A stretch of 64,000 nt of DNA. Source: an uncultured Actinomycetota bacterium. GTDB lineage: Bacteria > Actinomycetota > Actinomycetes > Mycobacteriales > Jatrophihabitantaceae. Under the pieces are notes generated by a model, which saw nothing but the letters and a program-made list of their open reading frames with translations, ran no database searches and was not told where the DNA came from. Below are positions 1-7,630 of the stretch, piece by piece; positions within the stretch are counted from its first letter, which is position 1, and each line of letters begins with the position of its first letter. The position numbers and the translations under genes were made by a program. The stretch covers positions 353,681 through 417,680 of the forward strand of contig CAVTSX010000008.1 in assembly GCA_963737425.1 (NCBI GenBank), written 5' to 3'.

Positions 1-475
1 CGTCGCGCGATCGGCCCACCGGTGCACCGCACTTGGCGCAGAACCGTTTCTCCTCGCTGACCTGCGGGTTCGCCAAGATGACCGAGCGGGGGTCGGGAAC
101 CGGCGCGGGCGGGATGGACGTGATGCCCGCGCCGAGCCGAAGCGAGCCGGTGCGCGTGGTGCCGATCCGGCGGGTGGGACGCGTGCCGCCGCCGCGCGCC
201 GAGCCGATGGGCGCGCTCGACAAACGGGCCGAGCTACTTGTGCGGGTGCTGCCGGTGCGCGTGCTCGGTGCGGAGTCCGGGTAGGCAGCGCTCGCCGGGG
301 CGCCCGCCGGCGAGCCGCAGACGTTGCAGTAGCCGTCCTCGATCTGCCCGGTGCAGCCGGGTTGAGCGCACCGGCCCGCCATCATCGCCGCGTCCGCGAC
401 CTCGGCCGGGCTGCCGCAGACATTGCAGTAGCCGTCCTCGATCTGCCCGGTGCAGCCGGGTTGGGTGCAGTTCAC
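1..475 (-). CDS. pknG: PknG-like Ser/Thr protein kinase, N-terminal ~158 codons only (gene continues past the left edge)
   Basis: Absent from the ORF track (GTG start, no stop inside the window). Manual minus-strand translation from GTG at 475: VNCTQPGCTGQIEDGYCNVCGSPAEVADAAMMAGRCAQPGCTGQIEDGYCNVCGSPAGAPASAAYPD...LGAGITSIPPAPVPDPRSVILANPQVSEEKRFCAKCGAPVGRSRD. The frame is open down to position 2. The NP.V.E.KRFC..CG.PVGRS segment matches the rubredoxin-like Cys motif that precedes the PknG kinase domain. GTGA overlap with the upstream stop (472-475). It lies downstream of glnX/glnH-like genes, as in the known glnX-glnH-pknG operon. Confidence 0.75.
   Translation of the reverse strand, partial: MNCTQPGCTGQIEDGYCNVCGSPAEVADAAMMAGRCAQPGCTGQIEDGYCNVCGSPAGAPASAAYPDSAPSTRTGSTRTSSSARLSSAPIGSARGGGTRPTRRIGTTRTGSLRLGAGITSIPPAPVPDPRSVILANPQVSEEKRFCAKCGAPVGRSRD
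317..463. repeat. 48-bp direct repeat x2 (317-364 and 416-463, 1 mismatch, 99-bp period) inside the pknG 5' coding region
   Basis: GCAGAC(G/A)TTGCAGTAGCCGTCCTCGATCTGCCCGGTGCAGCCGGGTTG occurs twice. On the coding strand it encodes the duplicated motif C(T/A)QPGCTGQIEDGYCNVCGSPA. Confidence 0.9.
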
Positions 476-1731
476 TCCGCCTCCTCGGACGCGGTGGCCG
501 GAACGGCCGGGGCGGTTGGGGCGGGCCGCGGTGACGAGTCAGGCGCGGGGCCGCCCCGTCCGGGCACGGGTGGCTCCGTCGCCGGCATTGCGCCGACCGC
601 CACCTGAACCGCCTGCCCGTAGGCCGCGACGAGCGGCCGCGCCGCGGCCAGATCACACGGTGCCCGCCACAGCAGTGCGCGCAGGCTGGCGAACTGGGCG
701 CTGAGGGCGGGGTCTTCGGCCAACCCGGCGGCCCCGGCCTTGGCTTGGTACGCCTCGGCCAGCCCACGCAGTTCGGCCCGCTCGGTCAACGGCGCCGCAT
801 AGCGACGTCGCGCCTCGGCCAGCGCCGCGGCCGCCAGATCGAGGCGTGCCCGATAGCTCTCGAGCGCGACCTTGGCTGCTCTCCAGGTTCCGGGAGCGTC
901 CGGCCCGTCCGGGACCGGGGGCAGCGGCCCGAGCGCCACGACGTCAGGTACGGCCAGGCGCGGCGGCGCGAGAATCTTGTCGCGGCACCGTTCGGCGGTG
1001 GCTCGAACGTCGGCTTCGGTCGCGGTCAGTTGTGTGATCCGCGCGGCCAAGGCGGCCGATTCGCGCGCGACGGCCGCCCGCAGCGAGGTCTCCTTGATCA
1101 GATCGCGTTCGAGTAGCTCGGCGGCATCAGCGATCCGCTCGACCTCTTTGCCCAGCGCGGCCGGGCCGGCGTCGCCGCCCAGTGCCGCGTCGAGCTGCTC
1201 GCGCAGCGTTTCGGCCTCGCCGCCGTGGCGGCCCAAGGTGTCTGCGAGGTCGTGACAGCGCGAGAGCGTCTCGCGCAACGGGCCGATGCGGTCGGCCGCA
1301 CCGGAGCCCGCGATCGTGTCGGCGTCGAGACGCGATGCGAGTCGAGCCTCGAGCGCTGCCGCGAGGGTCGTCGCTTCGTCCAGTGAGAACGCCGAGGGAT
1401 TGCCGAGCGGATCGGGCAGGCGTCCCCACATGAGTTGCGCGATGATCGCGAGTTCCTTCTCGCCGACGCGCCCGCTGTCCCAAACCTGGATCAGCTCGTT
1501 CGTACGCTGGTCGATCGACTCCGACAGCGACATGGCCAGGGTGAGGTCGCCGGTGAAGGCGTCCGGGGCGGAGGAGACCTGGGCCCGCCGATCGAGCGAG
1601 CCGAGCGAGGTCTTCAGGTTGTCGCGCCAGATCCGCAGTTCGTCCAGGAATTTCAGGACGCTGCGCGAACCCGCCGGTGCCGTAAGGGATCCCGGGGCGG
1701 TCGGCGGTGTGGCGAGCGTGGTCACGGTCAT
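472..1731 (-). CDS. Hypothetical Ala/Leu/Arg-rich, predicted helical protein (419 aa) between glnH and pknG
   Basis: Internal ATG (MTVTTLATPP...) of track ORF 472..2211. ATGA overlap with the glnH stop at 1728-1731 and GTGA overlap with the pknG start at 472-475. No motif I recognise. The upstream 160 codons of the track ORF overlap glnH and are rejected. Confidence 0.7.
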   Translation of the reverse strand: MTVTTLATPPTAPGSLTAPAGSRSVLKFLDELRIWRDNLKTSLGSLDRRAQVSSAPDAFTGDLTLAMSLSESIDQRTNELIQVWDSGRVGEKELAIIAQLMWGRLPDPLGNPSAFSLDEATTLAAALEARLASRLDADTIAGSGAADRIGPLRETLSRCHDLADTLGRHGGEAETLREQLDAALGGDAGPAALGKEVERIADAAELLERDLIKETSLRAAVARESAALAARITQLTATEADVRATAERCRDKILAPPRLAVPDVVALGPLPPVPDGPDAPGTWRAAKVALESYRARLDLAAAALAEARRRYAAPLTERAELRGLAEAYQAKAGAAGLAEDPALSAQFASLRALLWRAPCDLAAARPLVAAYGQAVQVAVGAMPATEPPVPGRGGPAPDSSPRPAPTAPAVPATASEEAE

Positions 1732-2747
1732 GGCAGTGCGCGTCCGTAGACGGCCGCCGGCGGCGCGGGCACCGTGCCGGGCAACCACTTGTGGTAGATC
1801 GCGGCCCAGGTGCCGTCGGTCCGCATCCGCTGCAGCAGCGCGTTGACGAACTGAACGAAGTCGACGTTCTTGGCCGGGATGCCGAGGCCGTACGGCTCGT
1901 TGGTGAACTGCGGTCCCGCGATTCGCGCGTACGGGTCCTGGCTGGCGAACCCGGCCACCACCGTGTTGTCGGAGACGATGCCTTCGACGGTGCCTTGCTG
2001 GAACAGGACCATGCAGTCGCTGATGTTCGCGACTACCTCGCGTTCGACCTTGGGGTAGAGCGTCTTGAGGTTCTGCTCGCCGGTGGAGCCGGTTGCCGTG
2101 CAGACCTTCTTGCCGTTCAGGTCGGCGATCTTCTGGTAGGGGGAGTTCTTGCGCACCAGCACCTGCTGTCCGGCGGCGAAGTACTCCGTAGAGAACGCGA
2201 TCTGGCTCCATCTGGAGCAGTTGATCGTCATGATGTCGGCGACGAGATCGACCCGTCCCGCCTGAAGGTCCGGGATGCGCTGCGCGAAGTTCTCGACCCG
2301 ATACTCGACCTTGCCTTTGATGTCGGGCCCGAAGATCGCCTTGGCCACCTCGTTGACCATGTCGATGTCAAAGCCCTCGAGCTTGCCGGTGATCGGGTTG
2401 CGGAATCCGAACAGCAGATTGTCGGCCGATACCCCGACGGTGATCTTGCCCTTTTTCTTGATCGCCTCGACCGTCTGGCCGGCCTGATCGTCCGGCGGCA
2501 GCGGGCTGTCGGGCGCATAGGACTGAACCCTCGTGCTGTCGCTGTTGTTGCAGCCGGCCCGGGTCGGCGTCGGACTCGGACTCGGCGCCGCGGCCGACGA
2601 CGGCGCGGCGGTGGACGGCAGGGTCGGCGTACTGCCTGCGCTGCAGCCCGCAACGAGCGCGGCCGCGGAAATGACCGCTGCCACCGCCCAGATCGCCCGT
2701 CGGATGCGTGTCGATTCGGCGGGGACGGTGTGGAGTTCGTGTCTCAT
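1728..2747 (-). CDS. glnH: Amino-acid (Glu/Gln/Asp-type) ABC substrate-binding lipoprotein, family 3 SBP, GlnH-like
   Basis: Start MRHELH... with ATGA overlap on the glnX-like stop (2744-2747). Lipobox LVAGCSAG. SBP_bac_3-type body (KITVGVSADNLLFGFRNPITGKLEGFDIDMVNEVAKAIFG...). Confidence 0.85.
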   Translation of the reverse strand: MRHELHTVPAESTRIRRAIWAVAAVISAAALVAGCSAGSTPTLPSTAAPSSAAAPSPSPTPTRAGCNNSDSTRVQSYAPDSPLPPDDQAGQTVEAIKKKGKITVGVSADNLLFGFRNPITGKLEGFDIDMVNEVAKAIFGPDIKGKVEYRVENFAQRIPDLQAGRVDLVADIMTINCSRWSQIAFSTEYFAAGQQVLVRKNSPYQKIADLNGKKVCTATGSTGEQNLKTLYPKVEREVVANISDCMVLFQQGTVEGIVSDNTVVAGFASQDPYARIAGPQFTNEPYGLGIPAKNVDFVQFVNALLQRMRTDGTWAAIYHKWLPGTVPAPPAAVYGRALP

Positions 2748-4054
2748 CGGTACTCCCGCAACCGCAGCGAGATGCCGCGCACCGAGGCAACAGCGGCGCC
2801 GATCCCGACGATCAGCCCGATCCATGCGAAGGGCGTCAAGGGATCGCGCGCAGTGCCGAGATCGTTGCGCAGTTGGGCCGAGCGCTGGCGAAGCGCCTTG
2901 GCCGACGCGGTGTCGAACGCGCCGAACGCCGCATTGGCATCGGTTGCCGCGGAGCCGGTGGCAAGTGCGACAGCGCCATCCCAGTCGCCACTGTTGTCGG
3001 CCGCGCGGATCTTCTGGTGTACCGCCAGATAGTCGGCGAATGCGTTCTGCGCGGCCTGCTCGTCGGCGCCGCCGCGTTGTGCGGCGTCCTTGAGGATCAT
3101 GCCGGCGTTGGCGGCAAGGTCGTTGAAGCTTGCGTCGTATGCCTGCCCGGACCCGCGCGCGATCAGCGTCAGGCTCTCGGCGCTCTTGGCGTCAAACGCG
3201 TCGATGCGCGCAGTAGCACCCTCGACGGTGGCGAAGTATGCGTTGGAACGGGTCTTGTTGGCCTTGCTCTGGCTCCATGCCATGATGCCGATCAGGACGA
3301 CACCCACCACCAGGACGGCCGCGGTTGCCGTGACGAGCGGTAGGTTCAGCAGGCGGCGGGTGCGCGCGGACAGCCAGATCTGGGTGAAGATCAGCACGGC
3401 CAGCGCCAGCAGCACGCCGATCAGCAGCCAGTAGACGGCGTGCGCACTCGAGGAGTACGAGTGCGCGATGCGCGCCTGCTCGGTCTTGCCGAGATCTTCG
3501 AGCGGTGGCAGCGCGTCGGTGCGCAGCAGGTCGGTGGCCTGACGCAGGTACGCGGCGCCGAGGGGGTAACCCAGGCGGTTGTTGGCCCGGGCCGACTCGA
3601 CCAACCCCGTGTACCGCGTGACGACCTCGTTCACCTTGGCCAGGACGGCTGCGTCGTCTGAGTTGACGCCTGCGGCGTCGGCCAGGGTGGTCGACGCGGT
3701 CGCGATGCCCTGTTCGTACGCGCTGCGGGCGGCGGGCGGCTCCAGGCCGCCGACCAGGAATGCATTGGTCAGGTTCGCGTCGGCGAAGACGAGGTTGGTT
3801 CGGATCGCCTGGATGCGGACCAGCTGCGCCGCGTCCGAGCGTGCACTCGACAGCGCGCTGGCCCGGCTCGAGGCCGCGATGAATGCAAACAGGCCGAAGA
3901 CGAGGCATCCGAGGGCGACGAGCGCACCGTAGAGACGCATGCGTCCGGGCGTGCCCTCGAACGTGGCGCGGGCAACCGTGAGGGCGACCTGCCGGGCATG
4001 GGGCGGCTGCGGCGGGGGCGCGCCCGATTGCTGACCGGTCGCAGTGACCGTCAT
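2744..4054 (-). CDS. glnX: GlnX-like four-TM membrane protein with two large extracytoplasmic helical regions
   Basis: 436 aa. Predicted TM segments: LYGALVALGCLVFGLFAFIAA, VYWLLIGVLLALAVLIFTQIWL, LPLVTATAAVLVVGVVLIGIMAW, FAWIGLIVGIGAAVASV. The topology and the position upstream of glnH-pknG match GlnX. The start A is shared with the stop of the AAA gene (TGATG at 4052-4056). Confidence 0.6.
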   Translation of the reverse strand: MTVTATGQQSGAPPPQPPHARQVALTVARATFEGTPGRMRLYGALVALGCLVFGLFAFIAASSRASALSSARSDAAQLVRIQAIRTNLVFADANLTNAFLVGGLEPPAARSAYEQGIATASTTLADAAGVNSDDAAVLAKVNEVVTRYTGLVESARANNRLGYPLGAAYLRQATDLLRTDALPPLEDLGKTEQARIAHSYSSSAHAVYWLLIGVLLALAVLIFTQIWLSARTRRLLNLPLVTATAAVLVVGVVLIGIMAWSQSKANKTRSNAYFATVEGATARIDAFDAKSAESLTLIARGSGQAYDASFNDLAANAGMILKDAAQRGGADEQAAQNAFADYLAVHQKIRAADNSGDWDGAVALATGSAATDANAAFGAFDTASAKALRQRSAQLRNDLGTARDPLTPFAWIGLIVGIGAAVASVRGISLRLREYR

Positions 4055-5523
4055 CAGATCGTCTTGCTCGTCGTCATGCTGTCCCCATCGTGATTGGGCG
4101 GATGCACCGTATCGGGTAACTCGCCCAGATCGTCAGCGGCCAACTCGCGAAGCTGTTCCACACTCGGATCAGCTTCGTCTCGCAGGCGCCATGCCTGACG
4201 AACGACCGCGGCCTCAAAGAGGTTTCTGACGAAGCGCGCGTTGCCGAATCCGGTGTCGCGCGGGGTGAGCGTCAGAACCTGCCGCAGCCGCTGCACGGCC
4301 TCGTCGGTCGGCGTGAAGTCGGACCCCGCGGCGATCTTGCCGAAGATCTCGACGAGCTGGTCGTCGGTGTAGTCCTCGAAGGTCATCGTCAGGCGGAACC
4401 GGCTCGCGAGGCCCGGGTTGGCGTCGATGAACCCCTGCATCGGGCCGGGGTATCCGGCCACGATCACCACCAGCTCGTCGCGGTGGTCCTCCATCTGCTT
4501 GACCAGCGTCTCGATGGCTTCCTCGCCGTACTCGTCGTCGGCCAGGGCGTACGCCTCGTCGATGAACAGCGCGCCGCCGATCGCCTTGCCGACGATCTCC
4601 GTCGTCTTGAGCGCGGTCTGCCCGACGTAGCCGGCGACCAACGACGAGCGGTCGCTCTCGACGAGTTGCCCTTGCTCGAGGACGCCCAGCGCGCGGTAAA
4701 TGCCGGAGACGAGCCGGGCCACCGTGGTCTTGCCGGTGCCCGGATTGCCGACGAAGACGAGGTGGCGGGTGATGGCCGGGTCGCGCAGCTTCTTCGCGGT
4801 GCGCAGCTTGGCGACACGCAGCACCTCGGCCTGGTGGCGCACCTCGGTCTTGACGGCATCGAGGCCTGTCAGATCGTCGAGTTCGGCAAGCAGTTCATCG
4901 AGCGTCTTGGCCGGCGCCGGTGGGGACGTCAGCACCGTAGGCGCGGGAGACGCCGCGGAGGGAGCCGTCTCGGGTGAATCGCCCGTCGCGCCGGTCGCAG
5001 CACCAGCGGGTGGGCAGTTACGGCCCAGGTGGGCACTTGTATCTGCCCACCCAGGCCCTAACTGCCCACCCACGGGGGAACCTGCCGGGGCGGCCGCGGG
5101 GGAACTTGCCGGGGCGGCGGGCACCGCGGCCAGTTGCGCGGCGGCTATCGCGTTGGCGGTGACGATCGACCGAAGGCTCGGCTCGCCCAGCGAGCACGCG
5201 GCTGATGCGAGTTCGGCCAACGCCTGCGCATAAGGTGTCGCGGCTGCGTCCCCGCGCGTGACGAGACGGCCGAGCACCGCCGTCGGCCGCTTGGCAAATG
5301 GCGTCCCGGCGAGTGCAGCCGCCTCGAAGCCGCTTGCCCGCCCGCTGAAGACGGTTGCCCACTCGGCGTCTGCCCCGTCTGCCCGCTCGCTCGCCGTGGC
5401 GGCGAGAGCGCCCGCTTCAGCCAGAACGCTCGCCTCTGTCTCGCCTGCTGCCACGCCGACCGAGACGAGTGCGTCGGCTGCGACCCGGACGGCGTCGACC
5501 GCCTCGGCGCTCACCCGCCGCAC
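4054..5523 (-). CDS. AAA+ ATPase of the CbxX/SpoVK/EccA type with an Ala-rich N-terminal region
   Basis: Walker A GNPGTGKTTVARL, Walker B GGALFIDEAYAL, and LVVIVAGYPGPM...ANPGLASRF typical of the CbxX/SpoVK family. The low-complexity linker carries repeat copy A. Confidence 0.85.
   Translation of the reverse strand: MRRVSAEAVDAVRVAADALVSVGVAAGETEASVLAEAGALAATASERADGADAEWATVFSGRASGFEAAALAGTPFAKRPTAVLGRLVTRGDAAATPYAQALAELASAACSLGEPSLRSIVTANAIAAAQLAAVPAAPASSPAAAPAGSPVGGQLGPGWADTSAHLGRNCPPAGAATGATGDSPETAPSAASPAPTVLTSPPAPAKTLDELLAELDDLTGLDAVKTEVRHQAEVLRVAKLRTAKKLRDPAITRHLVFVGNPGTGKTTVARLVSGIYRALGVLEQGQLVESDRSSLVAGYVGQTALKTTEIVGKAIGGALFIDEAYALADDEYGEEAIETLVKQMEDHRDELVVIVAGYPGPMQGFIDANPGLASRFRLTMTFEDYTDDQLVEIFGKIAAGSDFTPTDEAVQRLRQVLTLTPRDTGFGNARFVRNLFEAAVVRQAWRLRDEADPSVEQLRELAADDLGELPDTVHPPNHDGDSMTTSKTI
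5008..5071. repeat. 64-bp dyad element, family 1 (GGTGGGCA core), copy A, in frame inside the AAA ATPase gene
   Basis: GGGTGGGCAGTTACGGCCCAGGTGGGCACTTGTATCTGCCCACCCAGGCCCTAACTGCCCACCC. Translated in the gene frame as GGQLGPGWADTSAHLGRNCPP. Confidence 0.85.
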
Positions 5524-5584
5524 CCCGTCGCCGCCGAATCAGCTCCGGGCGGGGCCGCCCGGTCACGCGCACGAGCGGGCGGCG

Positions 5585-6085
5585 TCATCGCAATCTCGGG
5601 TCGAGGGCAAGCGCGCCAGAGCCGAACTTCTCGGCCAGGAACCGCCCGTGCGCGATCAGGGCGTCGGCGTCGGCCCGGCACACGGCGTCGAACACGTCGT
5701 CCATCTTCGAGCCGAGCAGGTCGAGTTGGTCGCACAGGACGGTCAGCGAGGTCTTGCCGTTGCTGACCGGACGGTGGTCGGCGAAGGACCGGGGCAGGCG
5801 CATGTACGCAGCGACCGCCTCAGGCATGTAGGACGTTGCCGTGCGCAGCACGTCGTGCGCGGTCAGGCTGCCCGGGCCCAGAGTGGCCAGCCGGGGGACT
5901 GTCTCGCGGACGACGGTGGCAACGCGGTCGACGCGGGCTGTGACCATGTCGGGAACCTTGCCCGCGGCGGCAGCCTGCAATTGGTCGAGTGAAGCCAGGA
6001 TCTCGTCGTCGTCGGTCCGCGCTGGAGACGCCGGCGCGGGCGCCTGCCGGCGGAACAATGCGGCCAGCCGCCAATTAAAACCCAC
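5585..6085 (-). CDS. Hypothetical 166-aa protein, possibly XpaC-like partner of TelA
   Basis: ORF starts 5 nt after the telA-like stop. The C-terminal segment TSYMPEAVAAYMRLP resembles the YLP...Y..L region of XpaC-type proteins that pair with TelA/YaaN. The similarity is weak and judged by eye only. Confidence 0.5.
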   Translation of the reverse strand: MGFNWRLAALFRRQAPAPASPARTDDDEILASLDQLQAAAAGKVPDMVTARVDRVATVVRETVPRLATLGPGSLTAHDVLRTATSYMPEAVAAYMRLPRSFADHRPVSNGKTSLTVLCDQLDLLGSKMDDVFDAVCRADADALIAHGRFLAEKFGSGALALDPRLR

Positions 6086-6090
6086 GTCGA

Positions 6091-7305
6091 TCAGAGCGAG
6101 AGGTTCAAGTCGCCGCCGCTGTCGCCAGCCGTCTTTCCGTCGCTAACCCGGACCCGCGACAGGTAGGACTGGGCCTTGTCGATCTCGGTCTGCAGCGTGC
6201 CGACGGTCTGCTTCATCGAGTCGAGGGCCTGCGTCTTGAACGTGTCGATCGCGTCCATCGACTGGTAGATGTTGGCGAACGAGCGCTGCAGTGACTCGAT
6301 GCTGATCGCGGCATCGGCGGACTGTTTCTGGATCTCGACGCCCTGCGTGGCGAGCAATTGCGACGTCGACTCGATCAGGTTCGACGTGGTGGTGTTGAGC
6401 GCGCTGATCTGGTCGAGCACGAGCCGCTGATTGGCCAATGCCTGAGCCACGATCACCGCGGTGCGCAGCGCCGAGATGGTGGTGGTGGTTGCCCGGTCGA
6501 CGCCCTTGATCAGCTCGAGGTTGTTCTTGCGGACGAGGTCGATCGCGAGATAGCCCTGGATCGAGACCGCGAGCTGGGTGAGGAGGTCCTGGTGCTTCTG
6601 CCGGATGTTGAACAGCACGTCGTCGCGCAGCACCTTCGCCTTGTCGGCGTCGGTCTGCTCGATCTCGGCGATCTTCGCCGCCATCGCGGCATCGAGATGC
6701 TCGGCGACGTAGGAGTACTGGGCCAGGCGCTGCATCGTCTCCCAGAGATGCACCTTCTCCTGGTCGAGGGCGGCGTTGTCCTTGCGCAGTTCGTCCTGGC
6801 CGTCGAGCAGTGCCTTGAGGATGGCGTCGATGTGTTTCTGCGCGCTCTCGTACCGCTGGAAGTAGTCGCGCAACTTGTCGCCGAACGGGATCATGCCGAG
6901 AAGCTTCTTGACGCCGGTGGCCTGCTTGGGGTCAAGGTCTTCGACCGTGCGGCGCAGGTCGACCAGCGTGCCGGCGACCTTGCCGGTCTCGGATGTCTTC
7001 TGCATGGCGCGAACGGGCGATTGCAGGAGCTTGTTGGACGTTTCGGCCGATGCCCGGATCTCGTCGTTGCCCATCGTCCGCACGTCGTCGGCCTTGGCCG
7101 TGAAGGCGGGCGAGTGGACGTCGAGCATCACCACCGAGTCGACGTAGTCGGCCACCTTCTGATCGAGGGCCGGAAGAGCCGCGGCGGGAATCGGCACCAT
7201 TCCGCCGGCCTTCTCCGGCTCGACCTGCTTGACCGGCTCGGGTGCTGTCAAGGTCAGCTGGCTGGGTGGGGTCAAGGCAGCTGCCGCCGCGGTGTCTGAC
7301 ATCAC
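6091..7305 (-). CDS. telA: TelA-like toxic anion resistance family protein
   Basis: 404 aa. TelA-family stretch LDPKQATGVKKLLGMIPFGDKLRDYFQRYESAQKHIDAILKALLDGQDELRKDNAALDQEK and a coiled C-terminal half. Confidence 0.8.
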   Translation of the reverse strand: MMSDTAAAAALTPPSQLTLTAPEPVKQVEPEKAGGMVPIPAAALPALDQKVADYVDSVVMLDVHSPAFTAKADDVRTMGNDEIRASAETSNKLLQSPVRAMQKTSETGKVAGTLVDLRRTVEDLDPKQATGVKKLLGMIPFGDKLRDYFQRYESAQKHIDAILKALLDGQDELRKDNAALDQEKVHLWETMQRLAQYSYVAEHLDAAMAAKIAEIEQTDADKAKVLRDDVLFNIRQKHQDLLTQLAVSIQGYLAIDLVRKNNLELIKGVDRATTTTISALRTAVIVAQALANQRLVLDQISALNTTTSNLIESTSQLLATQGVEIQKQSADAAISIESLQRSFANIYQSMDAIDTFKTQALDSMKQTVGTLQTEIDKAQSYLSRVRVSDGKTAGDSGGDLNLSL

Positions 7306-7486
7306 GCACTCCTCAGTCGGGCGGCCGGGCGGTCAACCGCCCGCCCCCCACTTTCTAGCAGAATTCGCGATCTCATCGCCGTGCTTAAGCGCTAATCGTC
7401 TCCCGAACGCGACTTGTCCTACCGAAACCGCGTCGTCGAACGCCGGGGGTATGACAAGTCGGGCTGAGACGGCCGGGGTGCGCGAT

Positions 7487-7504
7487 TTGGGAAAGCATTC
7501 ACAA
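7487..7504. promoter_or_regulatory. Putative Rex operator (ROP)
   Basis: TTGgGAAAGCATTCACAA versus the Rex consensus TTGTGAA-N4-TTCACAA (13 of 14 specified positions). It lies 127 bp upstream of the rex ATG, in the telA/rex divergent intergenic region. Confidence 0.6.
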
Positions 7505-7630
7505 GCGCGTAGCGTTTCTTGGGTCCAATCGCCTTCTACCACACCGGTTCCGCGGCTCCTGTCCGGGTTCTCGCCGGGTACGCCCGGGTAGCTCACGGCC
7601 GCCGAACACCGGTCCCGTATCGAGGAGCAC

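Noticed and set aside
472-2211. N-terminal extensions of track ORFs: 472..2211, 1728..2825, 14218..15675, 17138..17890, 19117..20094, 20257..22458, 38000..39964, 41199..42575, 47258..48238, 59227..59862, 61189..62382.
   Set aside because: The upstream parts overlap the preceding gene in another frame. Internal starts give canonical N-termini, SD sequences or ATGA/GTGA coupling, so the shorter models were used.
1707-3032. Long ORFs antisense or out of frame to recognised genes. Examples: 1707..3032 +, 6358..7299 +, 9324..10256 -, 11075..12181 -, 20851..22191 -, 26816..28501 -, 38927..40054 -, 42803..45091 +, 51889..52947 -, 59937..61091 -.
   Set aside because: These are the shadow ORFs typical of about 70% GC DNA. 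Their products are Arg/Pro/Gly-rich with no motifs. Each is fully covered by a gene on the other strand or frame that has clear family signatures.
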